Shown here one piece after another: positions 15,954 to 25,666 of a stretch of DNA of 64,000 nt. The notes under the pieces were generated by a model. That model was not told the DNA's origin. It saw nothing but the letters and a program-made list of their open reading frames with translations, and searched no databases. The position numbers and the translations under genes are program-made. The stretch is from Candidatus Thorarchaeota archaeon (GTDB taxonomy: Archaea > Asgardarchaeota > Thorarchaeia > Thorarchaeales > Thorarchaeaceae): the NCBI GenBank assembly GCA_048882485.1, contig JBHLRP010000002.1, positions 150,606 to 214,605 of the forward strand, written 5' to 3'. The stretch's first letter is position 1, and every line of letters begins with the position of its first letter.

Positions 15954-17369
15954 ATGAATAAAGAGGAGAGGCAAGATTCTCACGTCAATGTGAAGCCGCT
16001 CCGCCAGCTCTTTCATTTCTCACATTTCTCGCACTTCTATAGGCTCTATGTTCCTGCATCTCTGCTGATTGGCATCGTCTGCGGGTTATTCATGGCAATC
16101 TTTCAGTATCTCATAGACTTGACAACTGGTGCATTTGTTGGTTTGCCTGTATTCCTCGTTCCTCTTCTTGGAGGCGGGTTCTCTGGCTTGATGATATACT
16201 TTGGCCGAAGAGAGATTGAGGGGAGCGGTATTTCAAAAGCTATTGAACTCACACATGATCCGCAGGAATTAATGCCCTCTACTGCTGTTACAAAGATGAT
16301 TGCTACATCGGTTTCGATTGGAACTGGGAACCCTGTTGGAAGGGAAGGTCCTGCGGTCCTTATTGGTGCTGCTCTAGGGAATTATATTGGCAGGCAATTT
16401 GGATATGACAATCCGGCTCATCTACGTGTCTTCATTATGATGGGCTCCGCAGCATGCACTGCTGGCATTTACAAAGCTCCACTTGGAGGTGCATTATTCG
16501 CCTCTGAAGCTCCTTACAAACGCGATGCGCGGTTGGGCTACTTTGTGCCTACAGTTCTGGCGGCAATAACATCCTTCATCATTTTTGCTGTAATCTATCG
16601 GATTGATCCGCTTCTCAGTCTACAGATTGATTTCACTCTCACACTCGAGGTCATCCCATTAGTCCTCCTCTTGGGTATCTTTGCTGGTGTTATTTCGCTA
16701 TTCTTCTCAGTCTTCTTAATGGCCACACGTAATTTCTTTTCCCTCAGACTACCTGACTGGGCTGACCCTGTGGCTGGCTCGTTTTGTGCATGTGTAATAT
16801 TGTTCCTTGTTGGTCTGTGGTTGGATCCACAATACACTGTTGCAGGACTCGGGTATGATGTTATTGAGCTGATTGCATCTCCTGCCTCCTCTCTTCCCAT
16901 CGCAGCCCTGCTTCTGTTGTTGATTGGCAAGCTCCTGGCATCATCCTTTGTAGTGGCTGGAAGGGTGTCAGGTGGAGTACTTGCATCATCGATTTTCGTT
17001 GGTGCAATGCTAGGTGCTATATTCGGTCACCTATTTGCTCCGCAGTATCTTACTGCCTTTGTCGTACTCGGCATGGGTGCAGTACTTGCAGCAACAACAA
17101 ATACACCAGTCGCCACCATAGTGTTGATTCTTGAGATTAGTCACTCGTTCGAACTCCTCATTCCTATAGCAATCTGCATCTGTGTATCTTATCTCCTAGC
17201 AGGTGGAACGTCCCTATATGAGGGGCAGAAGGTTACCAGGGATGATGAAGATCCTGGATATTATGCTAGTATCAATGTACAGCCAGATGAGATGGCTCTG
17301 GACCTCTTCCATGATGATGCAAATCCTGTAAATCATGAGCCCTCTCGCAATCCAGATGCTGATGACTAA
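15954..17369 (+). CDS. ClC chloride channel/H+ antiporter family protein
   Basis: GSGI, GREGP, AGIYKAPLGG, SGGVLASS, SLYEGQ. Confidence 0.92.
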   Translation: MNKEERQDSHVNVKPLRQLFHFSHFSHFYRLYVPASLLIGIVCGLFMAIFQYLIDLTTGAFVGLPVFLVPLLGGGFSGLMIYFGRREIEGSGISKAIELTHDPQELMPSTAVTKMIATSVSIGTGNPVGREGPAVLIGAALGNYIGRQFGYDNPAHLRVFIMMGSAACTAGIYKAPLGGALFASEAPYKRDARLGYFVPTVLAAITSFIIFAVIYRIDPLLSLQIDFTLTLEVIPLVLLLGIFAGVISLFFSVFLMATRNFFSLRLPDWADPVAGSFCACVILFLVGLWLDPQYTVAGLGYDVIELIASPASSLPIAALLLLLIGKLLASSFVVAGRVSGGVLASSIFVGAMLGAIFGHLFAPQYLTAFVVLGMGAVLAATTNTPVATIVLILEISHSFELLIPIAICICVSYLLAGGTSLYEGQKVTRDDEDPGYYASINVQPDEMALDLFHDDANPVNHEPSRNPDADD

Positions 17370-17474
17370 TTCACACCACTTGGATAAGTTAATAGGCGTA
17401 CACATCAAGAGAGCCTAGTTCACCCCCTTTTCTGGGGATTATTCGCTAGTATCGCGTCTCAGGAGGATTTCGAT

Positions 17475-20147
17475 ATGAGAAAAGGTCTGATTTGCACGCT
17501 GCTCCTCTTGCTGTTTCTGATTCCGCTTATCCCATCCATTCCCGCCTTTTTTGGTGCTGAGGATTCTAGCGCTCAACATAACCCACGAATCAAGCCCATT
17601 GATTTTCACGCTATGACTGAAACCTATGGTCCTGAGATTCCTTTGGTGGTCGAGTTTGCTCAACCATTGACAGAGATTCAGATTCTAAAACTTGAAGCGA
17701 ATAGCATTAGATTCACTTTCGACACTCCATCAATGAGTCAGGTTGGCAATTACTACCTAATCAGAGGTCCTCCTGATGGCTTAACAACAATGTATGAGTC
17801 AGGAGTCTTTGATAGTGTGTCCTTCCAGACTCCTATGAAGCACTTGCATGCGCCTAGAGACGTATCAATTCCTGAGATTGGTGCTGATGACATTTGGGCT
17901 ACACTAGATGACCTGAGTCAAAATGTTACTGGCAAGGGAATCCTTATAGCTGACTTGGATTCTGGAGTTGACTGGACTCATCCTGATCTATGGTTTGCTG
18001 ATGGTGGATCATACGACTGGCGAGAGGGTGTCCCTGATTCAATATTCACCAATGGAAGTGACGGAGTAGATCTCAACTTCGATCTAGCTCTACAACCAGA
18101 TGAAATCCTCTACGCCATTGATCTAGATCGAGATGGGATTTTTGATACCACTACTGAATGGATTTGGGCTGATAATGTCACGCAAGATGGCCAGATTCAG
18201 ATAGGAGAGCCATTCTTCGTTGTGAATGATACCAATGACAACGGGCAACTAGATCCTGGTGAGCAACTCGTTATGTTAAAAACACCAAAGACAATGTACA
18301 TCGTGGAGGGAGATGGTACACCTGCAAGCAATGAACATGTCTGGGTACGAGGAGTGAATTTCACAGCCAGTACACATGTAGACGATAATGGACACGGAAC
18401 GGCTGTATCAGGCATTCTCCTTGGTGGACAACTTGGATTTCGGAAATACATGGGCGTCGCACCTGATGCCGAATTAATGATGATAAAGGTCCTAAGCGAG
18501 AACTATACCAAGTATGACTGGCTCTATGTCGAGGATGGCCTAACCTATGCATATACTCATGGAGCAGATGTCATTCTCACAGAGATTGGCTCTTGGACGT
18601 ACGAATTCCTAGATGGAAGTTCAGCCGCTGCTACACTAATCGATACAATAGTTGCTGCTGGAATTCCAGTTATCTCTCCAAGCGGAAACCTTGGAGGTAG
18701 CAATAAACATGCACGCTTTTCTGCTATTTCAAACACACCATATTATGTCAATTTTGACTTACCTACAATCATTGAAATCTATGATGTCTATATCACAGTC
18801 CTGTCGATTAACAACACAGACTTTAGTTTATGCAATTTCAGTTTGATATTCAATCTCCAATCTTGGAGTGGTGGTTTGAATAATATCGTCTACCTACATC
18901 CCGGCTTAGGCTATCCAAGCAGGGTTGCTCAAAAAGTGATTACTATTACCACAAAAGACCTGTGGGTTGAATCTTTCATTGACATATCATCCCGCAGCAC
19001 GAAGATGCTGGGAATCCATATTTGGGCTGAAGACCTTACTTATCCGCCTACCTTCCGCATACCTCTTCCCATAATTACGGGTCCGCCTTTTGACCAGTTG
19101 AACATCACAGCACCCTCGGACACTACTTTCCATTCATACATTTCTGACTCTGCCACATCTTGGTCTGGTGGAGCTATCTGGATGACAGATGCAACTGATG
19201 ACTATCACATTACATGGCCTTCAACGGCTGACTCCGCCCTTAGTGTCGCAAGCTATCGTACTCGTGATCTCGTTTCTCCTGAGGTCATAGGTGACATAGC
19301 GAGCTTCTCATCGCGTGGCCCTAGGATTGATGAAACGGAGAAGCAGGGCATTGCAGCTCCTGGCGGATTTGACATTGTCACTGACTATACAAACGATTCT
19401 GCATGGGCTTCGTGGTATAATGATGGGGGAAGTCTTCCTTTTGATGAACGATTTGGGAGCTACCGTCTATTCAGTGGTACCAGCGCATCAGGTCCGCACG
19501 TTGCTGGTACAGCTGCTTTGATGCTTCAGGTCGACTCCTCTGTAGGAAGTATGGTCGCTGGTATAATCAAGGGTACAGCACGCATGGATGCATATACGGG
19601 TGCAGTTCATAATCCAATTTGGGGGTATGGAAAGCTCAATGCATCTGCAGCGGTTGAGTTCACATCTCAAGATATCGTAGGACCAGTCATAGGAGTGCCC
19701 GAGTATGAACCCCAGCAACCTACTGATGTAGATGATGTGAACGTTAGTGTAACTGTCACAGACTTGAGTGGAGTTGATTCAGTTATCCTCGCATACCACA
19801 ATGGAACTCATTGGAACAACGTGACTATGATATGGAATGGAACCCATTATGTCGCGAGTATCCCGGCTCTTTCGATGGGTACCACTGTAACATATCGAAT
19901 ATACTCGAATGACACAATAGACAACTGGTCTACTTCATCTGATTACCAGTACATAGTTGGATCATCAATCACAACCCCGACTACTACGACGACAGCCAGC
20001 ACGACAACAAGTGCGCCTACAACAACGCCGCCTCCAATTCCGGAGGTTCCCAATTACTTGAGAATAGCAATCATGCTTGGATTCATCCTATTACTGATTG
20101 TTTTCTCAATAGTACTTTCCAGAAGACGGACGCAACGGTTGGAATGA
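17475..20147 (+). CDS. membrane-anchored S8 subtilase (890 aa)
   Basis: Triad DLDSG / HGTAVSG / GTSASGPHVAG; signal peptide; Thr-rich linker; C-terminal TM plus RRR. Confidence 0.9.
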   Translation: MRKGLICTLLLLLFLIPLIPSIPAFFGAEDSSAQHNPRIKPIDFHAMTETYGPEIPLVVEFAQPLTEIQILKLEANSIRFTFDTPSMSQVGNYYLIRGPPDGLTTMYESGVFDSVSFQTPMKHLHAPRDVSIPEIGADDIWATLDDLSQNVTGKGILIADLDSGVDWTHPDLWFADGGSYDWREGVPDSIFTNGSDGVDLNFDLALQPDEILYAIDLDRDGIFDTTTEWIWADNVTQDGQIQIGEPFFVVNDTNDNGQLDPGEQLVMLKTPKTMYIVEGDGTPASNEHVWVRGVNFTASTHVDDNGHGTAVSGILLGGQLGFRKYMGVAPDAELMMIKVLSENYTKYDWLYVEDGLTYAYTHGADVILTEIGSWTYEFLDGSSAAATLIDTIVAAGIPVISPSGNLGGSNKHARFSAISNTPYYVNFDLPTIIEIYDVYITVLSINNTDFSLCNFSLIFNLQSWSGGLNNIVYLHPGLGYPSRVAQKVITITTKDLWVESFIDISSRSTKMLGIHIWAEDLTYPPTFRIPLPIITGPPFDQLNITAPSDTTFHSYISDSATSWSGGAIWMTDATDDYHITWPSTADSALSVASYRTRDLVSPEVIGDIASFSSRGPRIDETEKQGIAAPGGFDIVTDYTNDSAWASWYNDGGSLPFDERFGSYRLFSGTSASGPHVAGTAALMLQVDSSVGSMVAGIIKGTARMDAYTGAVHNPIWGYGKLNASAAVEFTSQDIVGPVIGVPEYEPQQPTDVDDVNVSVTVTDLSGVDSVILAYHNGTHWNNVTMIWNGTHYVASIPALSMGTTVTYRIYSNDTIDNWSTSSDYQYIVGSSITTPTTTTTASTTTSAPTTTPPPIPEVPNYLRIAIMLGFILLLIVFSIVLSRRRTQRLE

Positions 20148-20228
20148 CCGGTCCATGATACGTACTACATCGATGGAATGTGTTATATGACTAACATTCT
20201 TCGTGAGCCTGAATTCTAACATGAAGGG

Positions 20229-20594
20229 ATGAGATTCAGAATGAAGCGCCTCGGTGGATTCGACCTTCGATTGGAACGGTCATTGAGATCCTCTCGGAAA
20301 TCTATCCCAGTTGAGGTGCTAGTGGATACTGAGAATACAATCATTGTCTTGGACTGTAGTTGCTGTGAAGACCTGCTTGCAAGTCGGTTACCAGGAGGAG
20401 TGCTGATTCCGATTGCTTCAAGTCTCAAGTCATTCTTTGGCACTAGAAACATGCGCAACATTGACGTCCAAGTGAGTGGTTCTCTGATGAGACGGACCTA
20501 CAAGGGAATCTGTATGGAAGATGCAGTCCCAGAGATTAAGAGTGTTTTAGAAGGCGCAGTTTCCAAATACAATAAGAAGCGGAAGAAACGATGA
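20229..20594 (+). CDS. hypothetical protein with CSCC motif
   Basis: 121-aa ORF filling the gap; basic termini. Confidence 0.7.
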   Translation: MRFRMKRLGGFDLRLERSLRSSRKSIPVEVLVDTENTIIVLDCSCCEDLLASRLPGGVLIPIASSLKSFFGTRNMRNIDVQVSGSLMRRTYKGICMEDAVPEIKSVLEGAVSKYNKKRKKR

Positions 20595-20607
20595 ACCTGC
20601 AGAAATT

Positions 20608-20628
20608 AGGAGGGCTTCGAGCCCTTCT
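20608..20628. terminator. hairpin between convergent genes
   Basis: AGGAGGGCT-TCG-AGCCCTTCT stem-loop. Confidence 0.5.
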
Positions 20629-20638
20629 CTCTGCATAT

Positions 20639-21724
20639 CTACTCATGGTTTTCCTTGAACTCTACTAGAAAGTCTGCTAAAGCTTCAACACCTTCCTTCG
20701 GCATGGCATTGTAAATTGATGCTCTCATCCCGCCAACTGATCTATGGCCTTTGAGCCCAACAAGCCCTCTAGCGGTGCCTTCCTCTACGATTTTCTTTTC
20801 GAGCTCCTCGGAAGGCAATCTGAATGTTATATTCATGAGTGATCTTGAATCCTCTCTTGCATGGCCCTTATAGAAGCCCCCAGAAGAGTCGATTACATCA
20901 TACAGGATTTTAGCCTTTGTTCTATTCCTCTTCTCAATCTCCGATATACCGCCTTCACCCCTCCAATAATCAAGTGCAAGTTTGCACACGTATATCGCAA
21001 AGCACGGTGGGGTATGAAACAATGAGTTCTTCTCAACCTCAGTCTTCCACTTGAGTAGAGTAGGTGTATCTTCTGGCACTCTATCCACTAAGTCTTCTCT
21101 GACAATGACTAGTGTAACACCTGCAGGGCCTAGATTCTTTTGGGCACCTGCGAATATCACGCCAAAATCGTTCACCTTTATTTCTCTGGCCATTAGGTCT
21201 GATGAGAAATCGGAAACCAAGGGGATGTCATCCGGGACATCAGGCCATTCATGCCATTCTGTACCGTAGATTGTATTGTTACTTGCAATATGCCCATATG
21301 ATGCATTGTTACTGAAACTAACACCACGAGGAATATAGCTATACTTCTCATCCGCAGAAGACGCTATTACTTCAACATCTCCATAGATTTTTGCCTCTTT
21401 GATCGCCTTTGAAGTCCATGCTCCGGTGTCAACAAATTGGATTGGTTTTCCAGGAATATGCAGATTCACTGGAGCCATATAGAATTGAGTTGATGCTCCA
21501 CCTTGAAGCCAAAGAATCTTGTATTCTTCAGGGACTCTCATGAGGTCCCGAACCAAATCAGTTGCATCATTATGCACCTTATCATATTCCTTTGACCTAT
21601 GGGAAATCTCCAGGATCGACATTCCTGTTCCAGCGAAATCCAATAGCTCCTCCTGCGCCTTCTCCAATGCAGGTAGTGGGAGAGTTGCAGGTCCTGCATA
21701 GAAATTGTACACTCTTTTAACCAT
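20639..21724 (-). CDS. serC: phosphoserine aminotransferase
   Basis: NFYAGPATLP, SILEISHRS, QGGAS, GAQKNLGPAG, GLKGHRSVGGMRASIYNA. Confidence 0.95.
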   Translation of the reverse strand: MVKRVYNFYAGPATLPLPALEKAQEELLDFAGTGMSILEISHRSKEYDKVHNDATDLVRDLMRVPEEYKILWLQGGASTQFYMAPVNLHIPGKPIQFVDTGAWTSKAIKEAKIYGDVEVIASSADEKYSYIPRGVSFSNNASYGHIASNNTIYGTEWHEWPDVPDDIPLVSDFSSDLMAREIKVNDFGVIFAGAQKNLGPAGVTLVIVREDLVDRVPEDTPTLLKWKTEVEKNSLFHTPPCFAIYVCKLALDYWRGEGGISEIEKRNRTKAKILYDVIDSSGGFYKGHAREDSRSLMNITFRLPSEELEKKIVEEGTARGLVGLKGHRSVGGMRASIYNAMPKEGVEALADFLVEFKENHE

Positions 21725-21733
21725 TCAAATCAC

Positions 21734-23068
21734 CTATAGCAGCTTGTTTATTGTGAATCCTGTCCAAACTTTGGGATGGAAGAATGTGCTTTTCTGAGGC
21801 ATGACTTCAATGTTACGTGATACTGCTTCAACTTCTTCAATTCGAGTCGGATTCATGAAGAATACAGCTTGAGCTTCTCCTTTTACCGAATCAATTGCCT
21901 CATCCACAGCGTCTCCAATTCCTTTGACATAAACGACGGATCCTCCGCCTTTCATAGTTCCTTGGGCAAGTTTTTCCTTATCGATACCGAGCTTCATATC
22001 CAGAATCAGAGAGTGAAGTATTGCCACGTCCAGACTTCGATTTTCAGCGGACTTGTCAGGCAGAATCTCATCCATTACATTGGAATCCTTCAATGTCAGA
22101 GAATAGAATTTGTAATCATTCATGAACAGTCCGAAAGCATGTTCTCCACCGATGAACTTCCTGTTCATTAGAGAAAACATCTCATCCTTATTATCGAACT
22201 CTGCTATCTCGAAATGCTCACCTATCGAATCAAGGAGCTTCTCCTTGGAGAATTCTTCTAGATTCTGTACAATGCGATGGGTGGGAAGAACAACGAGTCC
22301 CGGATTCGAGATATTCACGAAAGTAAGCATCCTGTATTTTGCTGATTCCAGCTCTGGATTATCCTTTGAGAGCGCGAGTGCGGTCTTGTAGCGATGATGT
22401 CCGTCGGCAATAATCACATACTTGTCCTCCATATATTTCGTCACAAGACCGGTGTCTTCCGGGTCGTCGATAATCCAGAGCCTATGACGCACACCATTGC
22501 TATCTATTATGTCAATGGCAGGTTTCTCCTTCATGGCCTTCTCCAACACACCATCCACTTGGCCTTCATGATCCGGATAAATCACGAAGATTTGACCAAA
22601 CTGGGCCATACATGCTCTGCAAAGACTAAGTCTGTCTTGGATGTCCTTGGGAAGCGTTTCTTCATGCTGAAGTACTCCAGAGAATGCATCCTTGCTGGGA
22701 GCTTCAGTGGCGAATTCCTCAAGTCGGATAAGACCAATGAATCCGAATCTGAACAGCTCTTGATCATTCACTTTGAAATTCTGACCGTAAACATAGAACG
22801 ATTCTTTGTCATCTTGCTTCAGGACTCGGCTATCAATCCAATTCTCTAGAAGATCACGCGCTCTAGTATATTGATTGACTTGATCTGTATCGCCTTCTTC
22901 TGGTTTATTCTTAATAATCCAAGAAATATTATACTCTGAAAGAGCCTGAAGTTCATCCACTTTCTTTCCTTTGATTATGTCGTACGGAGGAGTAACTACC
23001 TTACTTATCTCACCTACTTTTGACTCATCATATCTATATGCCTTGAAGGGAATAACACGGACCAACAC
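21734..23068 (-). CDS. DUF1015 family protein (ParB/Srx-like motif)
   Basis: PFKAYRY, PPYDII, HEETL, IADGHHRY, LPTHR, MPQKSTFFHPK; GTG/TTG start after AGGAGGA. Confidence 0.9.
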   Translation of the reverse strand: MLVRVIPFKAYRYDESKVGEISKVVTPPYDIIKGKKVDELQALSEYNISWIIKNKPEEGDTDQVNQYTRARDLLENWIDSRVLKQDDKESFYVYGQNFKVNDQELFRFGFIGLIRLEEFATEAPSKDAFSGVLQHEETLPKDIQDRLSLCRACMAQFGQIFVIYPDHEGQVDGVLEKAMKEKPAIDIIDSNGVRHRLWIIDDPEDTGLVTKYMEDKYVIIADGHHRYKTALALSKDNPELESAKYRMLTFVNISNPGLVVLPTHRIVQNLEEFSKEKLLDSIGEHFEIAEFDNKDEMFSLMNRKFIGGEHAFGLFMNDYKFYSLTLKDSNVMDEILPDKSAENRSLDVAILHSLILDMKLGIDKEKLAQGTMKGGGSVVYVKGIGDAVDEAIDSVKGEAQAVFFMNPTRIEEVEAVSRNIEVMPQKSTFFHPKVWTGFTINKLL

Positions 23069-23251
23069 TATGCTCCTCCTTAGGAAGATGTCCACCGATG
23101 CGGATGAAACGCCCGCCGTGTCATCTTCGACATAAGTGTTTCTTTTCGCACCCAATCTGATGCAAAAAGGCGTAATTACGGGTCAACAGTCAAACTTAAA
23201 TGAATAGCATGAACGAGCACGAGAGCTATAACCACTAATGAGGAGAGAGCC

Positions 23252-23512
23252 GTGGAGTTCTGCGAGAAGTGCGGTGCATTAATGCTCCCTAAAAAGAAGG
23301 ATGGCAAGCCAATTCTGAAATGCAGGGAATGTGGGCATGAGAAATCAGTAAAGGCCCCTCCTCAGTACAAGGTCGAATATAGAATAAAGCATAGTCCCAG
23401 GGAGAAGATAGTTGTCGTAGAAGAGAGTGATTCACGTCGAGAAGAGATGTCTGAAGATGAAAAGAGGGAACGGCGAAAAGAAATCCTAGAGCATTTTGAG
23501 GCTGAGGATTGA
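23252..23512 (+). CDS. TFS/RpoM-like protein with only the N-terminal zinc ribbon
   Basis: FCEKCGALM...CRECG; no C-terminal ribbon and no ADE motif. Confidence 0.8.
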   Translation: MEFCEKCGALMLPKKKDGKPILKCRECGHEKSVKAPPQYKVEYRIKHSPREKIVVVEESDSRREEMSEDEKRERRKEILEHFEAED

Positions 23513-23645
23513 ATCATTCTAGATAATGCTTTAAGCTTGGACGACCATATTGTAACATCTAAGTAGAAGGGCTGTTGGACTATTGCTGGTTAATCTCGGA
23601 GGTGCTCTTCTCAGACTGGTCTTCTAATCTCCAGGAGGTATTTCA

Positions 23646-24527
23646 ATGAATGAACACAGGACTAACCATTTCTATGACTTAGAGAATTTTATCATTGAGC
23701 ATGGCAACATAGCAGACATCCTGCGACTCATTGCAGCAGGATACAAGATTGATGATGATATTGTGAATTCTGTACTGAACGAGGTTGAAGGTCTGTTAAA
23801 CAGAGATGGAGGAGTTCCGTTCGGTCTGGAAGAAGGCAATCCCAGCTCAGTGAAAGAAACCTCAGAGCTATTGCCGCTTCTTCTAAAATACAGGAAGACT
23901 CATGAGCCTCTCATTCAGAGGATGGCAGATTTCTTGGTGTCGCGTCAGAAGAATGATGGCGGCTTTGCGGAAACAATGAATCTTGATTATTTGATTGAAG
24001 ATCGATATGGCGCAAAGTGGGGAAGTGAATTCTATCCAGTGGGCAGAAGCGTCACATGGCTCACTGGAAAAGCCTTGGAAGCATTGTCATTAGCGAAGTA
24101 CAACGATGAGGTTCGCTTGCGACGAGCCCGCGATTTTCTGTTGAATTCGCAAAATGAGGATGGGAATTGGCCTGACTTCATAAACATGGGCCAATCCGAC
24201 CCTTTAGCTACGGGCAATATTCTAACAGGTCTAAGAGCTGCTGGAGTTGATTCTAAAGCTAAGGTCTACAGGGATGCTAGAGCCGCTCTATACCAACATC
24301 TCAAGGATGCGCTTGAGTCCAAGTCAACTGATGACATGATTGACTTGACAGCTGTGTGCCCTGCCGAAACAGACAAAGAACGGAATGTCATTGAAGGCGC
24401 TCTAGAACTCATTATCGAAACTCAGAAGAATGATGGCGGTTGGCAGCCTCTGGGTTCAAAGAAAAGTGATACTGAATTAAGCTCTATTCTCGGTTTCGTT
24501 CTAAAGGAATGCGAGAAGTACAAATAG
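23646..24527 (+). CDS. prenyltransferase/squalene cyclase repeat protein
   Basis: QW-like repeats LNRDGGV, QKNDGGF, QNEDGNW, QKNDGGW. Confidence 0.8.
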   Translation: MNEHRTNHFYDLENFIIEHGNIADILRLIAAGYKIDDDIVNSVLNEVEGLLNRDGGVPFGLEEGNPSSVKETSELLPLLLKYRKTHEPLIQRMADFLVSRQKNDGGFAETMNLDYLIEDRYGAKWGSEFYPVGRSVTWLTGKALEALSLAKYNDEVRLRRARDFLLNSQNEDGNWPDFINMGQSDPLATGNILTGLRAAGVDSKAKVYRDARAALYQHLKDALESKSTDDMIDLTAVCPAETDKERNVIEGALELIIETQKNDGGWQPLGSKKSDTELSSILGFVLKECEKYK

Positions 24528-24547
24528 CTTCATGTTAAGGTATAGCC

Positions 24548-25054
24548 ATGCAAGAGAAGAGAGTTGCAATTCTGCAAAGGGATGGGAACTGCATAGCTGG
24601 TGTCTTTACATCTTCAGGTCTTCTTGCCACGACAACACCTAGGAAGAGCTGCAAAGAAGCTGTACTAGCCGTTAATGGGGCTGACCTAACACGCAGCGAA
24701 TCGAAAGATGATTTGGCGATACTAAATGCGGTTTTTGATATTGCGGAAGGGATCGAAGTTCCTGAAGTTCACAAGATTAAGCTAGACCTATCTGAAATGA
24801 CAGAGAAGCAGCGTCAGGTAGTCAAGGCGACTCTTTCCATCCCTCGCGGAGAAACCGCTACATATGGAGATGTCGCTAGAAAAGCTGGACTCCCTGGAGC
24901 CGCACGTTTTGTCGGCAATGTTATGGCAAGCAACCGACTATATCCTCTAGTCCCATGTCACAGAGTCATTTCGTCTTCAGGTCTAGGTGGATATGGCCTG
25001 GGCATAAAAAAGAAGATAGAACTCCTAAGGCGCGAAGGGGCATTCGCGGATTAG
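24548..25054 (+). CDS. ogt: methylated-DNA--protein-cysteine methyltransferase
   Basis: IPRGETATYG, ARFVG, PCHRV, LGGY, LLRREG. Confidence 0.92.
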   Translation: MQEKRVAILQRDGNCIAGVFTSSGLLATTTPRKSCKEAVLAVNGADLTRSESKDDLAILNAVFDIAEGIEVPEVHKIKLDLSEMTEKQRQVVKATLSIPRGETATYGDVARKAGLPGAARFVGNVMASNRLYPLVPCHRVISSSGLGGYGLGIKKKIELLRREGAFAD

Positions 25055-25094
25055 TTTCTCATAACGTTTTAAATAGCTTCTAATAGTTCACAAT

Positions 25095-25598
25095 GTGGGA
25101 CCTATCTCTACGGAGTGTGTGTGGTTGAACCTAAAAGTACGCAGAGAAGATGAAACTGTAGAATTGCGCAAAGTTGAGCTTGAAGCTCTAAGTCCACCAC
25201 TTTTTCGAACATTCATTGGCTATAACTCCTTGAAGCGACTAGGATATTCTATATCTTTCATACGCCCAAAGAAGAGCTCCAGTGGCGATTTCGAGAGAAT
25301 CCGCTACAATTTCATGGAACGAGGCGTTATGACTCGTCAACTTGAGGATGAGCTAGAGCCAGATATGAAACGCGGGATCTTGAATCAACTCCCCCGTGGT
25401 AACTTCAGCATTGTATTGCTGCTCACTCAAGTGCCTCGTCGGGGTGTAAACATCAGGCTTGATAAGTTCATGTACAACTTCCTCGGATGCATTCTAATGC
25501 GCAACGATGAGGTGCTTGATGTCGTGATGAATACTACTCCTACAAGAGACATCCTAATGCCAATGTACGAGCAGCAGGTGGAATCGGTAGAAGCGTAG
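25095..25598 (+). CDS. hypothetical protein
   Basis: Long ORF filling the gap; start uncertain. Confidence 0.65.
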   Translation: MGPISTECVWLNLKVRREDETVELRKVELEALSPPLFRTFIGYNSLKRLGYSISFIRPKKSSSGDFERIRYNFMERGVMTRQLEDELEPDMKRGILNQLPRGNFSIVLLLTQVPRRGVNIRLDKFMYNFLGCILMRNDEVLDVVMNTTPTRDILMPMYEQQVESVEA

Positions 25599-25666
25599 CC
25601 AACAAAGTCTGCAATCAATCTTATCAGGCACCAGAACAAGCGTGTACACGCTGTGGTGTTCAATTT

